NCBI GenBank assembly: GCA_027493625.1
Contig: JAOSKM010000001.1
Coordinates: 382,416-446,415, forward strand
DNA length: 64,000 nucleotides
Origin: Planctomycetota bacterium
Lineage (GTDB): Bacteria; Planctomycetota; UBA8742; UBA2392
Direction of reading: 5' to 3'
Positions within the stretch are counted from its first letter, which is position 1. The number at the start of each line of letters is the position of its first letter. The position numbers and the translations under genes are program-made. The notes beneath the pieces were generated by a model. It was not told the origin of the DNA and ran no database searches. It saw nothing but the letters and a program-made list of their open reading frames with translations. Below are positions 18,988 through 29,067 of this stretch, one piece after another.

Positions 18988-19818
18988 ATGGAGTGGGTCG
19001 CGCTGGGAGTCGGGCTGTGCCTGTTGCTGCTGGTGGGGCTGGGCCACATGGGCTGCCGGCGGCACGCGCTTCTGCAGCGGCGTGGGGCCGAGGCACTGGC
19101 CGCGATGCCGGCTGTGGGCCCTGACATGCTGCTCGATCAACTGCCAGGCGCGGCGCAGCGCATGTTGCGCCATGCGATCGGCGACAATGCGAAGCCCGTG
19201 CGGGCGGTGCGTTTCCGCGCGGTGGGGCAGATCCGCCCCGCCAAAGACGGCCCCTGGCTGCCGTGCGAAGCGCGCCAGACCCTGCGCGTGCCGGGCGGCT
19301 TCACCTGGCGCTGCGCCGTGCGCGGGGGCCTGATGCGGCTGACGGGCGGCGATCACTACCTCGGGCATCACGGCGGCGTGCGATTCTGGCTGTGGGGGAT
19401 CCTGCGGGTGGCGAAGGCCGACGGGCCCGACATCGACCGCAGCGCCGCCCACCGCACGCTGCTTGAGGCAATCTGGTTCCCGCCGGCGCTGGCGCGTCAC
19501 GAGTCTGTACAGTGGCTCGAGGGCGACGACGACACCGCCCGCGCACGCCTGAACATCGACGGCACGCAGATCGTCGTGGAGTACAAGGTCGCGCCCGACG
19601 GCCGAATCATCAGCCTGTGCGGCGAGCGCTGGGGCGACCCGGCGAACAAGGGCAACCCGCAGGCGCTGCCATTCGGGGGTATCATGGAGGCCGAGCAGAC
19701 CGTGCAGGGCTACACGATTCCCAGCCGTTTCCGCGTCGGCTGGCACTTCGGCACCGAGCGCTGGGATGAAGGCGAGTTCTATCGCGCCGAGTTGAAGGAC
19801 ATCGAGTTTGTTGAGTGA
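18988..19818 (+). CDS. membrane-anchored hypothetical protein (DUF6544-like)
   Basis: N-terminal TM; LP....R.L.HA, Q......GF.W, E.IWFP.AL, IP....VGW pattern. Confidence 0.7.
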   Translation: MEWVALGVGLCLLLLVGLGHMGCRRHALLQRRGAEALAAMPAVGPDMLLDQLPGAAQRMLRHAIGDNAKPVRAVRFRAVGQIRPAKDGPWLPCEARQTLRVPGGFTWRCAVRGGLMRLTGGDHYLGHHGGVRFWLWGILRVAKADGPDIDRSAAHRTLLEAIWFPPALARHESVQWLEGDDDTARARLNIDGTQIVVEYKVAPDGRIISLCGERWGDPANKGNPQALPFGGIMEAEQTVQGYTIPSRFRVGWHFGTERWDEGEFYRAELKDIEFVE

Positions 19819-20368
19819 GTCCGCCGAGATCATCGAAACCCCTCGCCTGCGGCTGGTTCCGTTCGCGCTGCCGCTGATGCTGGCGGCGCGCGACGGTGAG
19901 CTGGCTGCGGTGGGGGAAGCACTGGGCGCCGCTGTCCCGCGCGGCTGGCCCAGCGACGGCGTGCGCGACTACCAGCTTCCCTCGCAGATCGGCGCCCTGC
20001 GCAAGGGCGTAGCCCTCAAGTGGCTCGGCCGTCTGATCATCACGCGCGGCGCAGGCAATCCTGCCTGTGGTCCTGAACTCGCCGGGGTGATCAACCTGAA
20101 AGGCGAGCCCGATGCCGCAGGCCGCGTCGAGATCGGCTATGAGGTGGTGGAGTCGCAGCGCCGCAAGGGCTACGCCACGGAGGCCGCGCACGCCTTGCTG
20201 GCCTGGTGTTTCCGGCAGCCGCCGGTGAAGGCCGTGCTGGCGCGCACGCTGCCGCACAACGAGATCAGCGCGCACATGCTGCAACGCCTGGGTTTTGAAA
20301 GGCTGGGCCCACAGCGGGACGCCAGCCTCGGCGAGATGATCGTCTGGGAAAACAGGAACCCCGGCTGA
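19808..20368 (+). CDS. RimJ/RimL-type GNAT acetyltransferase
   Basis: IETPRLRL, VEIGYEV, RRKGYATEA, N..S...L.RLGF; exact start uncertain. Confidence 0.88.
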   Translation: MLSESAEIIETPRLRLVPFALPLMLAARDGELAAVGEALGAAVPRGWPSDGVRDYQLPSQIGALRKGVALKWLGRLIITRGAGNPACGPELAGVINLKGEPDAAGRVEIGYEVVESQRRKGYATEAAHALLAWCFRQPPVKAVLARTLPHNEISAHMLQRLGFERLGPQRDASLGEMIVWENRNPG

Positions 20369-20385
20369 TGGGCCGGAGCGCCTGT

Positions 20386-21543
20386 TCAGGACTTCAACTC
20401 CCAGCGGCTGATGGTCAGGCGCTGGATTTCGGAGGTGCCCTCGATGATGGTCATCAGCCGGGCGGCGCGGAAGAACTCCTCCACCCGGTACTCGCGCATG
20501 TAGCCGTAGCCGCCGTGCACCTGGATCGCACCGCTGGTGACGCGCTCCGACATCTCGCTGGCGAACAGCTTGGCCTGCGCGGCCATGCTGATGAAGCGCG
20601 GGTCGCTGAGCCCGAACTGCTCCTTCAGCCACACCGCATGCCACACCAGCCCCTTGGCTGCGTTGATCTCGGTGATCATGTCCGCCAGCCTGAACGCCAC
20701 GCCCTGGAACTCGCTGATCTTCTGGCCGAACTGCTCGCGCTCGACGGCGAAGCGCTTGGCGCGCTCAAAGGCCGCCTGCGCCAGGCCCAGGCTCTGCGTC
20801 GCGACGCTGAGCCGCCCGGTGTTGAGCGTCACCAGCGCGACCTTGAAGCCGTCGCCCTCCTTGCCCAGCAGGTTCCCGGCCGGGACTTCGCAGTCCTCGA
20901 AGATCAGCTCCGTGGTGGGCGAGGCGTGCACGCCCATCTTGTCCTCGACGGTGCCGACCTTGAACGGGCTGGCGTCCTTATCCACGAGAAAGGCGCTGAT
21001 CAGCGGCTTGCCGTCGGCCTTCTCGCCTGTCTTGGCCCACACGATCAGCGTCTTGGCCACCGCGCCGTTGGTGATGTACAGCTTGGTACCGTTGATCACC
21101 CACTTGTCGCCCTTCTTCACGGCCGTGGTGCGCATGCCGGCTGGATCGGAGCCGGCGCCGGGCTCGGTGAGGGCAAAGGCGCCCAGCTTTTCGCCGGATG
21201 CGAGCGGCGGCAGCCATTGCTGTTTCTGCTCTTCGGTGGCGAAGTTCATGATCGGCAGGCCGACCAGGCTGTTCTGGGCGCCGAGCGTCATGGAAAGCGA
21301 GATGCTGGACTTGGCGATCTCTCCCTCGACCAGCAGGTAAGCCAGGTAGTCGGCGCCGACGCCGCCGTACTGCTCGGGGATCACCATGCCCATGAATCCG
21401 AGCTCGGACATGCGCTGGGTGAGTTCCATGGGAAACTCGTGGCCGGCCTCGAGCTTGATGGCGACCGGGTCGACCTCGTTTTTGCAGAAGTCGGCGGCGG
21501 CCTGGTGGAACATCTGCTGTTCTTCGGTGAGGGCAAAGTCCAT
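20386..21543 (-). CDS. acyl-CoA dehydrogenase
   Basis: FALTEPGAGSD, NGTKLYITNG, REQFGQKI, QVHGGYGY, IIEGTSEIQR. Confidence 0.96.
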   Translation of the reverse strand: MDFALTEEQQMFHQAAADFCKNEVDPVAIKLEAGHEFPMELTQRMSELGFMGMVIPEQYGGVGADYLAYLLVEGEIAKSSISLSMTLGAQNSLVGLPIMNFATEEQKQQWLPPLASGEKLGAFALTEPGAGSDPAGMRTTAVKKGDKWVINGTKLYITNGAVAKTLIVWAKTGEKADGKPLISAFLVDKDASPFKVGTVEDKMGVHASPTTELIFEDCEVPAGNLLGKEGDGFKVALVTLNTGRLSVATQSLGLAQAAFERAKRFAVEREQFGQKISEFQGVAFRLADMITEINAAKGLVWHAVWLKEQFGLSDPRFISMAAQAKLFASEMSERVTSGAIQVHGGYGYMREYRVEEFFRAARLMTIIEGTSEIQRLTISRWELKS

Positions 21544-21749
21544 GGCGTGTTTCCTGTGAAAGCGTTCTGCAGGTCAGGGTTTACGGATGCGCGTCAGCAC
21601 CGCAAGCGGCCAGTTGTGGGGGTTGAGAGGGCATCCGTCAACCCGTTAATTGGCCACCTTTGATTTGACGTGACCTTGCCGTGACTTATGCTTTGAGCCA
21701 CTTGGGTCCGGCAGTCGCCGGGCCGATTTTGTCGAGATAGGGGAAGCAG

Positions 21750-22670
21750 ATGAAGCGGATTCTGTTGGCAGGCGTGGCTGCACTGGCGCTGAGTGCGCTG
21801 TACGTGTCGCCCGTGGTGGCGGACAAGGCAGAGGGCAGCAGGCTTACTCCGGTGGCGGAAGGCGTTCCCGCGCCCGACGCGCTGAAGGTCAACGCCGGCG
21901 TGAAGGAAGGGCACAAGTCGGCCCTCGAGGTCTACACCAAGGCGGTCAAGGCCGCCAAGGCCGGCGAAATGGAGACGCTGAAGGGCTGCTTCGACCCGAA
22001 CACCGTCGAGTACATCGAACAGGAAGCCTGGGACTCCGACGGCGAAGAAAAGCTCACGCACCTCGCCAACATCGCCAACATCCTGAAGGGCTACTCCGAA
22101 GCCGGCGCCGAGCGCGCCCAGGGTTCGGTCGGCGACTACGCCGTGATCGTGGTGCAGAACGGCGAGGCCGTGAACATGGTCAAGTGCGTGCGCGTGAACA
22201 AGTGGAGCGAGACCGAGTCCAAGGACAAGAACTGGTACCTGGCCAGCTACTACGGGAACGAGTACCGCATTGATTACAACGCGCCTGACGTGAAGAAGGT
22301 GCGCGACGCGATCGAGAAGGGCGACGTCGAGAAGCTGAAAGAGCACCTTGACCAGTACCAGACCCAGGTGCTTGACCTGATCAGCGGCGACGGCACCGAC
22401 GGCTACGCCCTGCTGCTCAAGAGCCTCAAGGCTATCGGCAGCAAGGAAGTCAAGCCGACCACGATCCTGAGCCGCGGCGACAACGCCCTGGCCTACTGGT
22501 TCCACACCGACAAGAGCGACAGCTTCCTGGTTCTGCGCTTCATGGAGTCGTACGACTGGCAGACCGAGAAGCGCTTCACCCAGGTGCAGATCGAGATCAG
22601 CTACACCTCGCAGTTCAAGAAGGACGCGGCCGAGACCTTCAAGAGCTTCGTGCAGGACTGGGCCTGGTAA
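21750..22670 (+). CDS. secreted hypothetical protein
   Basis: Signal peptide; strongly biased codon usage; terminator follows. Confidence 0.8.
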   Translation: MKRILLAGVAALALSALYVSPVVADKAEGSRLTPVAEGVPAPDALKVNAGVKEGHKSALEVYTKAVKAAKAGEMETLKGCFDPNTVEYIEQEAWDSDGEEKLTHLANIANILKGYSEAGAERAQGSVGDYAVIVVQNGEAVNMVKCVRVNKWSETESKDKNWYLASYYGNEYRIDYNAPDVKKVRDAIEKGDVEKLKEHLDQYQTQVLDLISGDGTDGYALLLKSLKAIGSKEVKPTTILSRGDNALAYWFHTDKSDSFLVLRFMESYDWQTEKRFTQVQIEISYTSQFKKDAAETFKSFVQDWAW

Positions 22671-22686
22671 ACGGATTCCATCGCAG

Positions 22687-22719
22687 GAGCCCGCCGCCCG
22701 GCGGGCTCTTTGCTTTTTT
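22687..22719 (+). terminator. intrinsic terminator
   Basis: gagcccgccg/cggcgggctc stem followed by tttgctttttt. Confidence 0.8.
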
Positions 22720-22729
22720 CGACGCCTGG

Positions 22730-23769
22730 TCAGGGCTTGCGCGGCGAGGGCAGCTTCGGGGCGGCTGCGGCGCTGTCGTCCGCCTTCGGCGGCAGTGACG
22801 GCGTTTCCGGTTTCTTCACACCGGGCGCGATGAAGATCGCCAGCAGCAGCAGCAGCCAGCCGCCCAGGAAGGTCCACGCCCCGTAGCCCACGCCGGCCAG
22901 CGCCTCCATCGGCTCGATCGGCAGCGAGCCGGGCCCGCCGGCGCTGAACCACGCGGAGAAAGCCTCCCGGAAGCTCAAGTACACCGCGAGCCCCGGCAGC
23001 GCCGGCGCCAGGGCCACCAGGATGCGGATCCACCAGTGGCTCTTGCCTTTTGCGGCGCAGCGCCAGTCATTGATCAGCCCGAACAGCAGCAGCAGCGGCA
23101 GTGCGTACAGGGCGAACACCGCGTACAGCGCCGTCTCGTTGTCGCGCATGGCGGCAACCACCGGGTTCTCGCCGTAGCCGGCCGCGTCCAGCGCGGTCAC
23201 GAAGTCGTGCGCCAGCAGCGGAGCCTGGAAGCCGGCCACTGGCTGGTCAAAGCCCGGCACCTGCAGCGTGAACCAGGGCAGGAAGAAGCCCACCATCACG
23301 GCCGCCACGCCCAGCAGCAGCACGAAGTTGATCATCCGCGTGCGCGGGACTGCGGGCATCGGGCGCTGGCGCGTCAGGCCGGTTTTCAGCTTGGGCGGCG
23401 CCTTCAGGCCCGTGGGCAGCTTGCCGGGGGCAGCTTGCCGGCGGGCGCCGTGGGCTTCGGCTCTTCGGGCTCCGCCATCTGGGGCGGGCGGCTGATCTTC
23501 GCGCCGCTGCTGAGCTTGCGGGTGTCCGAGGGCACGTTGCGTTTCGCGGGCTCATCGCGGCGTGGCCGGTTCTCCGGCAGGATCCTGGTTGAGGAATGCC
23601 GCCCGGAAGGCCGCTTCATCTCGCGGGTGTCGTCAACGAACGACAGACCGGAAAGGTCCGGCACCGTCGTCGGCTGGCCGCAACCCTTGCACTTTACACG
23701 CTTGCCGACATTCGAATCGGCAACGGTGTACCCGCGCAGGCAGTGAGGGCAATTGAACTCAATGGGCAT
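22730..23769 (-). CDS. zinc-ribbon + Pro-rich linker + multi-pass membrane protein (apparent frameshift at 23426-23430)
   Basis: CPHC...CKGC N-terminus; adding one base in the C5 run joins it to the TM ORF 22730-23359. Confidence 0.7.
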
Positions 23770-23817
23770 GTCGCACCGGTGCTCTATTATCTGCCGCCCA
23801 GCACCCGTCCGCAATGT

Positions 23818-24285
23818 TCAGCTTTTAGCCGCCCGCAGCGCTTCCAGCACCTTCTCGGCGTGGCCCTCGACCCTCACCTTGCTCCAGATCTTTGCCAGCT
23901 TGCCTTGCGGGTCGATCAGGTAGGTGCTGCGGATGATGCCCTGCACCGTGCGGCCGTACATTTTCTTTTCGCCGTAGCAGCCGTAGGCGGTGGTGACGGA
24001 CTTGTCTTCGTCACTGAGCAGGGGCACGCCCAGCTTGTGTTTTTCCTCGAACTTTTTCTGTGCGGCCACGCTGTCGGGGCTGATGCCGAGCACCACGGCG
24101 CCCAGCTTCTCGAAGTGCTTCACCAGACCGGTGAAGGCGATTGCTTCCTTGGTTCAGCCGCTGGTGTTGGCCTTGGGATAGGCGAACAGCACCACCCACT
24201 TGCCCTTGTAGTCGGCCAGCCTGTGCTTCTTGCCGTCCTGGTCCGGCAGGTTGAACGCAGGCGCCTTGTCGCCTTCCTTCAGCAT
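23818..24285 (-). CDS. bcp: peroxiredoxin Bcp/PrxQ, selenoprotein (UGA = Sec at residue 44)
   Basis: MLKEGDKAPAFNLPDQDG...YPKANTSG-UGA-TKEA...GISPDS...IIRSTYLID; AAGGAG RBS. Confidence 0.9.
24118..24136 (-). promoter_or_regulatory. bacterial SECIS element
   Basis: CUUCACC-GGUCU-GGUGAAG hairpin beginning 17 nt after the UGA. Confidence 0.8.
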
Positions 24286-24351
24286 CGGTGGCTCCTTGTG
24301 AGTCGAGACGCCGCACTATAGCTTGCAACCCTGTAACGCAAGCGAGCACCC

Positions 24352-26376
24352 ATGGCCGAGGAAGCAGACGTCATCAAAGCCGCACCCGCAAAGGGCTACG
24401 CGCGCCTTAGCCCCGCCCTGCGCGGGCTGGTGGCCGACGTGGCAACGGGCGCGGCCGGGTTGCTGGCGCTGCTGGCGCTGTTCATGGGCAGCAGGCTTGA
24501 GGGCGTGTGGCTGCGCATTCCACTGCTGCTGGCGCTGCTGCTGCTGCTTCCGGCGGCCTGGTACGCCCACCGCAGGCTGGCGCAGCGGGCTTCGCCCATC
24601 CTGTGCGGCGGGCTGGTGGTGGGCCTGATGGGCTGCTCGGTGCTTGCCATGGCGCTGCACCATGCCAGCGGCTGGACCAGCCTGGCGGGTCTCGCGTCGC
24701 TGCTGGCGGCATTGGCGCTGCGCGGATCGGTGGACCGCGCGGTGATCCGCGGGCGCGACATACGGCCTGCCAAGCGCAGCCCGCTGACCACGCTGTTCGA
24801 GCAGGTGGAGAGCCTGGCGGCGGCGCTGGTGCTGGTGCTGCTGGTGTGGCACTTCGGGCTTGAGGCGTTTCGCATCCCGTCGGGCAGCATGGCGCCGACA
24901 CTGCTGGGCGACCCGATCAGCGGCGACCGCGTGCTGGTGGACAAGTTCACGTACGCCTACAGGGATCCGGAGCGCTGGGAACCCGTGGTGTTCAGGTACC
25001 CGTTGCGCCGTACGGACCCCTACGTCAAGCGCTGCATAGCCCTGCCCGGCGAGCAGGTGCTGATCGCGCGCGGTGACGTCTACGTGCGCCTGCCCGGCAA
25101 CGACAGGATCGAGCTCCTGCGCAAGACGCCCCGCGCCCGCGATGTGCTGTGGCTGCCGATCATCGAGAACCTTTCCAGCAACACCGCATGGGTCAAGAAC
25201 TTCAAGCGGGACGGCGACCTGGATTTCACCGATGGACTGATCGAGCTGCGCAAGCGCGCGGCCGTCACCTTCCCGCGCGGCGACACGGACGACAAACCCG
25301 GCAACGTGACGGACCACGACGCCAGCTTCGGCGCCACAGAAACCCCCAAAGATCGTTACGGCCGCCACGTGGTGGGGGACCTGCGCCTGCAGGCCGAGGT
25401 GACGCTCGAGGAGGGCGGCGAGTGCCTGGTCACGCTGGTGCGCGACGAAGACAGCTACGTTCTTGAGCTGCGCCCGGCGCTGGGCGCCTGCAAACTGTTC
25501 CACCTGGCCGAGGGCGCAAGCCGCGAGCTGGCCATTGAGCAGACCAGCGCCATCGACTTCGGCACGGACGAGCGCACGGTGAACTACTCGCTGGCGGACG
25601 GCGAGTTGCGCCTGGAAATCGACGGCCGCGAGCAGTTCAGCCTCGATGTCGGCACGCCGCTGCTCGACCAGCTGCGCAGCCGCGACGCGGAGGGGCGCAT
25701 CAACCTGGCGGGCAACGTGGCGTTGGAGATCGCGAAGGCCGAGCCCGCGGGCGGGCGGCAGGCGCGCATCGAAATTGCCGGCGGCGCCGAAAAGGGTGCG
25801 ACGTTGAGGATTCGCAGCATCGACCGCGACGTGTACTACGTGGGGCGCATCCAGGAATGGCTGCAGAACCAGCCGGAGCTGCCGTTCCAGGTCGAGCTGG
25901 GCGACGAGCAGTACCTGGTGCTGGGCGACAACTCGCCGGGCAGCGCCGACTGCCGCTACTGGACCCGCATCACGCTGTTCCTGGAAGACGACACCGAGGT
26001 GGTCGGCAGCATGGATGAGCCCAGCCAGCCCGAGCTGGTGGGCCTGCTGGTGAAGGCCGGCGAGCAGGGCGACCCCTTCAACGCCTACTTCAAGCTGCGC
26101 GGCGTAGCGCATTTCACGCCCGAAGAGCGCGGCGAGGCCAAGGGCAGCGATGGCACCGTGGTGATCGCCGCGCTGGAACAGCTGAAGGAAGCCAGCAAAA
26201 CTCAGGGGCGCGCGGCGATTGATTTCTATACGGAGGGCGGCGGTTACACGCGCATCAGGCTGGCCGACATCAAGCACATCCAGGTCGAGCGCATGCCGTA
26301 CGTGGAGCGCAAGCTGTTCGTAGGCCGACCCTTTGCCGTGTTCCTGTCCCCGCGCGGCATGAAGCTGATTGATTAG
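24352..26376 (+). CDS. lepB: signal peptidase I with extra TM helices and a large insertion
   Basis: IPSGSMAPTL, GDRVLVDK, YVKRCIALPG, LGDNS..SADCR. Confidence 0.88.
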   Translation: MAEEADVIKAAPAKGYARLSPALRGLVADVATGAAGLLALLALFMGSRLEGVWLRIPLLLALLLLLPAAWYAHRRLAQRASPILCGGLVVGLMGCSVLAMALHHASGWTSLAGLASLLAALALRGSVDRAVIRGRDIRPAKRSPLTTLFEQVESLAAALVLVLLVWHFGLEAFRIPSGSMAPTLLGDPISGDRVLVDKFTYAYRDPERWEPVVFRYPLRRTDPYVKRCIALPGEQVLIARGDVYVRLPGNDRIELLRKTPRARDVLWLPIIENLSSNTAWVKNFKRDGDLDFTDGLIELRKRAAVTFPRGDTDDKPGNVTDHDASFGATETPKDRYGRHVVGDLRLQAEVTLEEGGECLVTLVRDEDSYVLELRPALGACKLFHLAEGASRELAIEQTSAIDFGTDERTVNYSLADGELRLEIDGREQFSLDVGTPLLDQLRSRDAEGRINLAGNVALEIAKAEPAGGRQARIEIAGGAEKGATLRIRSIDRDVYYVGRIQEWLQNQPELPFQVELGDEQYLVLGDNSPGSADCRYWTRITLFLEDDTEVVGSMDEPSQPELVGLLVKAGEQGDPFNAYFKLRGVAHFTPEERGEAKGSDGTVVIAALEQLKEASKTQGRAAIDFYTEGGGYTRIRLADIKHIQVERMPYVERKLFVGRPFAVFLSPRGMKLID

Positions 26377-26460
26377 CCCTGACGCGCAACACACGCCAAC
26401 CCCGGGCTTGCTTTGGGCGTTGAACAGGGTCAACATGGGTTTTCCCTGAGTGTTCCCCGG

Positions 26461-28059
26461 ATGCTGATGATGATGCGATTTGCAGTCCTGGCGGCCTTGC
26501 TGTCGTTTGCTCCTTTCCTGTTCAGCCAGAGTGTCGCGGGCGGATTCACGTCCGAGGTGGTGGTCAACCCGGTCGCGAGCGGGCGCGCGTTCGCCTTCGC
26601 GCCGGACGGCCGCCTGTTCTACACCGAGAATGGCAGCGGCCGGATCATGGTGGTGAACGATCCCACCACCACGCCCAGCGCGCCCAGCGAGTTCGCTACG
26701 GTCAGCGGCTTTGTCGCGCCAGCGGGCAACGACCTGGGCCTGCACGGCATCACCCTGCACCCGAACTTCCCGGCGGCGGCCGGCGACAGCACCAACCGCT
26801 ACGTCTACGTGGTGCACACCACCGGCACCAGCGGCGCGCCGCAACTGGTGGTGAAGCGCTTCCTGGAAGACACGGGCGCGTTGGGCACGGCTGCCGCGGG
26901 CAGTGAGACCACGCTGATTTCCGGCGTGGACATGGGCAGCAGCGGCAACAACTTCGGCGGGCGCATCGCCTTTGACGCGGCATCCAACATGTTCGTCACG
27001 GTGGGCGACGGCGGCGCGGCGATCAGCCTGGCGGGCGGCTTCGCCCAGGACATCAACGACCGGCGCGGCAAGGTGCTGCGCTACCAGGCCGACGGCAGCA
27101 TCCCGCTGTCCAACCCGTACACCAGCAACGCCATGTGGGCGCGCGGCCTGCGCAACCCGAGGGCGCTGGCCTTCAACCCGTCCACCGGCGACCTGTTCAC
27201 CGCCGACACCGGCAACCCCGCCACCAGCGGGCTGGACGAGCTGAACGTGATCCAGTCCGACGGAAACTACGGCTGGGACACCTCAGGCCTCAGCGGTGCG
27301 CGAGCCACCACAGGCTTCATCGATCCGGCCTGGGAGCACGGCGCGACGTTTGAGCCCGCGGGCGTGGCCTTTCATCCGGGTGCCTTGGGCACCTGGCCCA
27401 CGGTGGGCTACCGCGGCGGCGTGGTGTACGTGGGCAGCGAGGCCGCGGCGGGCAGCATCCTGCGCGTGGTGCTTACGGGCGGTAATGAGCGTACGGGCAT
27501 TGCGGCGTGGGCGTTCGCCAACGGCTTCAGCGCGCCGGTGCGCGACATGAAGTTCGGCCCCGACGGCAACATGTACGTGCTGACCGACACGGTTCTGTAT
27601 CGCATCAGGTACACCGGCAACACCAGTGCCGACCCGACCGCCAACGCCGGCACGGCCCAGAGCGTGAACGAGGGCGTCACGGTGAACTTGAACGGCACCG
27701 CCAGCAGCGACCCCGACGTGTCGGACGTGCTGCGCTACACCTGGCGCCAGACCGGCGGCAGCACCGTAGTGGCGATCACCAACCCGACCACGGCCACGCC
27801 CAGCTTCATCGCGCCGCAAGTGACCTTCAGCCAGAACTTCACCTTCCAGCTGATCGTCGAGGACGGCAACGGCGGCGTGGACGAAGACTTCGTGATCATC
27901 ACCGTCAACGACCTCGGCAACCCCGACGCCGACGGCCCCGTCAGCTTCAACCCGCCCGGCGAAGGCGGCTGCAGCACCGGCGACAGTGCAAGCTGGTGGT
28001 GGCTCGCGCTGCTGGCGTTGACGGCCGGCGCCGTAACCTGGCGTCGAGTGCGCGAATAG
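26461..28059 (+). CDS. PQQ-dependent sugar dehydrogenase (GSDH) + PKD-like domain + C-terminal GC-TM-basic sorting signal
   Basis: FAPDGRL, GGRIAF, GLRNP, DELN, GNYGW; PTANAG..Q.V.EG; GGCS...WWWLALLAL...RR; exact start uncertain. Confidence 0.85.
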   Translation: MLMMMRFAVLAALLSFAPFLFSQSVAGGFTSEVVVNPVASGRAFAFAPDGRLFYTENGSGRIMVVNDPTTTPSAPSEFATVSGFVAPAGNDLGLHGITLHPNFPAAAGDSTNRYVYVVHTTGTSGAPQLVVKRFLEDTGALGTAAAGSETTLISGVDMGSSGNNFGGRIAFDAASNMFVTVGDGGAAISLAGGFAQDINDRRGKVLRYQADGSIPLSNPYTSNAMWARGLRNPRALAFNPSTGDLFTADTGNPATSGLDELNVIQSDGNYGWDTSGLSGARATTGFIDPAWEHGATFEPAGVAFHPGALGTWPTVGYRGGVVYVGSEAAAGSILRVVLTGGNERTGIAAWAFANGFSAPVRDMKFGPDGNMYVLTDTVLYRIRYTGNTSADPTANAGTAQSVNEGVTVNLNGTASSDPDVSDVLRYTWRQTGGSTVVAITNPTTATPSFIAPQVTFSQNFTFQLIVEDGNGGVDEDFVIITVNDLGNPDADGPVSFNPPGEGGCSTGDSASWWWLALLALTAGAVTWRRVRE

Positions 28060-28148
28060 CCAAAGCCCGGGATGCCAATCCCGGGCAGTTCAGCTTGAGC
28101 TCGCGAATCCAACGGAATCCGCCCGGCCTTTGCAGGCCGGGCTTTGGT

Positions 28149-28913
28149 TTACTTGCCCAGCAGCAGGCGGTCGGCCAGCATGCTGGGCAGGGTGGGGATG
28201 GCGCGGATCTTGTCGGCCGTGGCCTTGTAGTCGTATTCGACGCGGCGGAACTGCAGGGTGCTGCCGTCAATCACCACGTAGCACGCGCGGGTGTCGTGGT
28301 CGCGCGGCTGGCCCACGCTGCCGATATTCACCAGCAGCTTGCGGAAGCGCCGCAGGTCAAGCTCGCCGTTGTTGAGGTTCTTGGGGTGGCCGTACTTGCC
28401 GGTTTCGCTGTAGATGCCGGGGATGTGGCTGTGGCCGCAGAAGCAGAAGCGGTCGAACTTGGCGAACATGCTGCGGATCTTGGCGGCGTCGAGGCTGTCT
28501 TTCGGAAAGACGTACTCGTGGGTGGGCTTGCGCGGGCTGCCGTGCACGAACAGCAGGTCGCCCTGCTTGTGCTCGCGCTTCTTGGTCATGGCGTCGAGAA
28601 AGTTCCAGTACTTGTGGCGCTTCTCCTTGGGCAGGTCGGGGCTGTTCAGCTGCTCGCGGGTCCACTCCACGCTGCGCATGGCGCGCTCGTTGAAGTCCTC
28701 GGCCACCAGCATCACGGCTTCTTCGTGGTTGCCGAGGATGGTGAGGTCGAAGCGCTCCATGGCGATGTCGAGCACTTCGCACGGGTTGGGTCCGTAATCG
28801 ACGAGGTCACCCAGACAGAAAATCTTCTGGCAACCCAGGCTGTCGATATCTTCCATGACGGCGTTGAGTGCTTCGATGTTGGCGTGGATGTCGGAGACTA
28901 AAGCGATGCGCAC
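28149..28913 (-). CDS. metallophosphoesterase family protein
   Basis: SDIHAN, LGDLVDYG, GNHE, HGSP, GHSH, N.GSVGQPRD. Confidence 0.93.
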   Translation of the reverse strand: MRIALVSDIHANIEALNAVMEDIDSLGCQKIFCLGDLVDYGPNPCEVLDIAMERFDLTILGNHEEAVMLVAEDFNERAMRSVEWTREQLNSPDLPKEKRHKYWNFLDAMTKKREHKQGDLLFVHGSPRKPTHEYVFPKDSLDAAKIRSMFAKFDRFCFCGHSHIPGIYSETGKYGHPKNLNNGELDLRRFRKLLVNIGSVGQPRDHDTRACYVVIDGSTLQFRRVEYDYKATADKIRAIPTLPSMLADRLLLGK

Positions 28914-29067
28914 TGACCGGCCTTTCAAAGCCCGCAATCGTGCAGGCCAACGAGCACCTCAATCAACCGAAGTGGCCATATTCGTGGAATTTACGCCGGA
29001 TCGCAAGGGGCAACATTCAGCCCCGTACGCACAACGCACGGGGCTGGATGGGCAAGTGATATTTTGC

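Noticed and set aside
24154-24156. Nonsense mutation making bcp a pseudogene
   Set aside because: The TGA sits exactly at the catalytic Cys position, has a SECIS-like hairpin downstream, and both halves of the gene are intact
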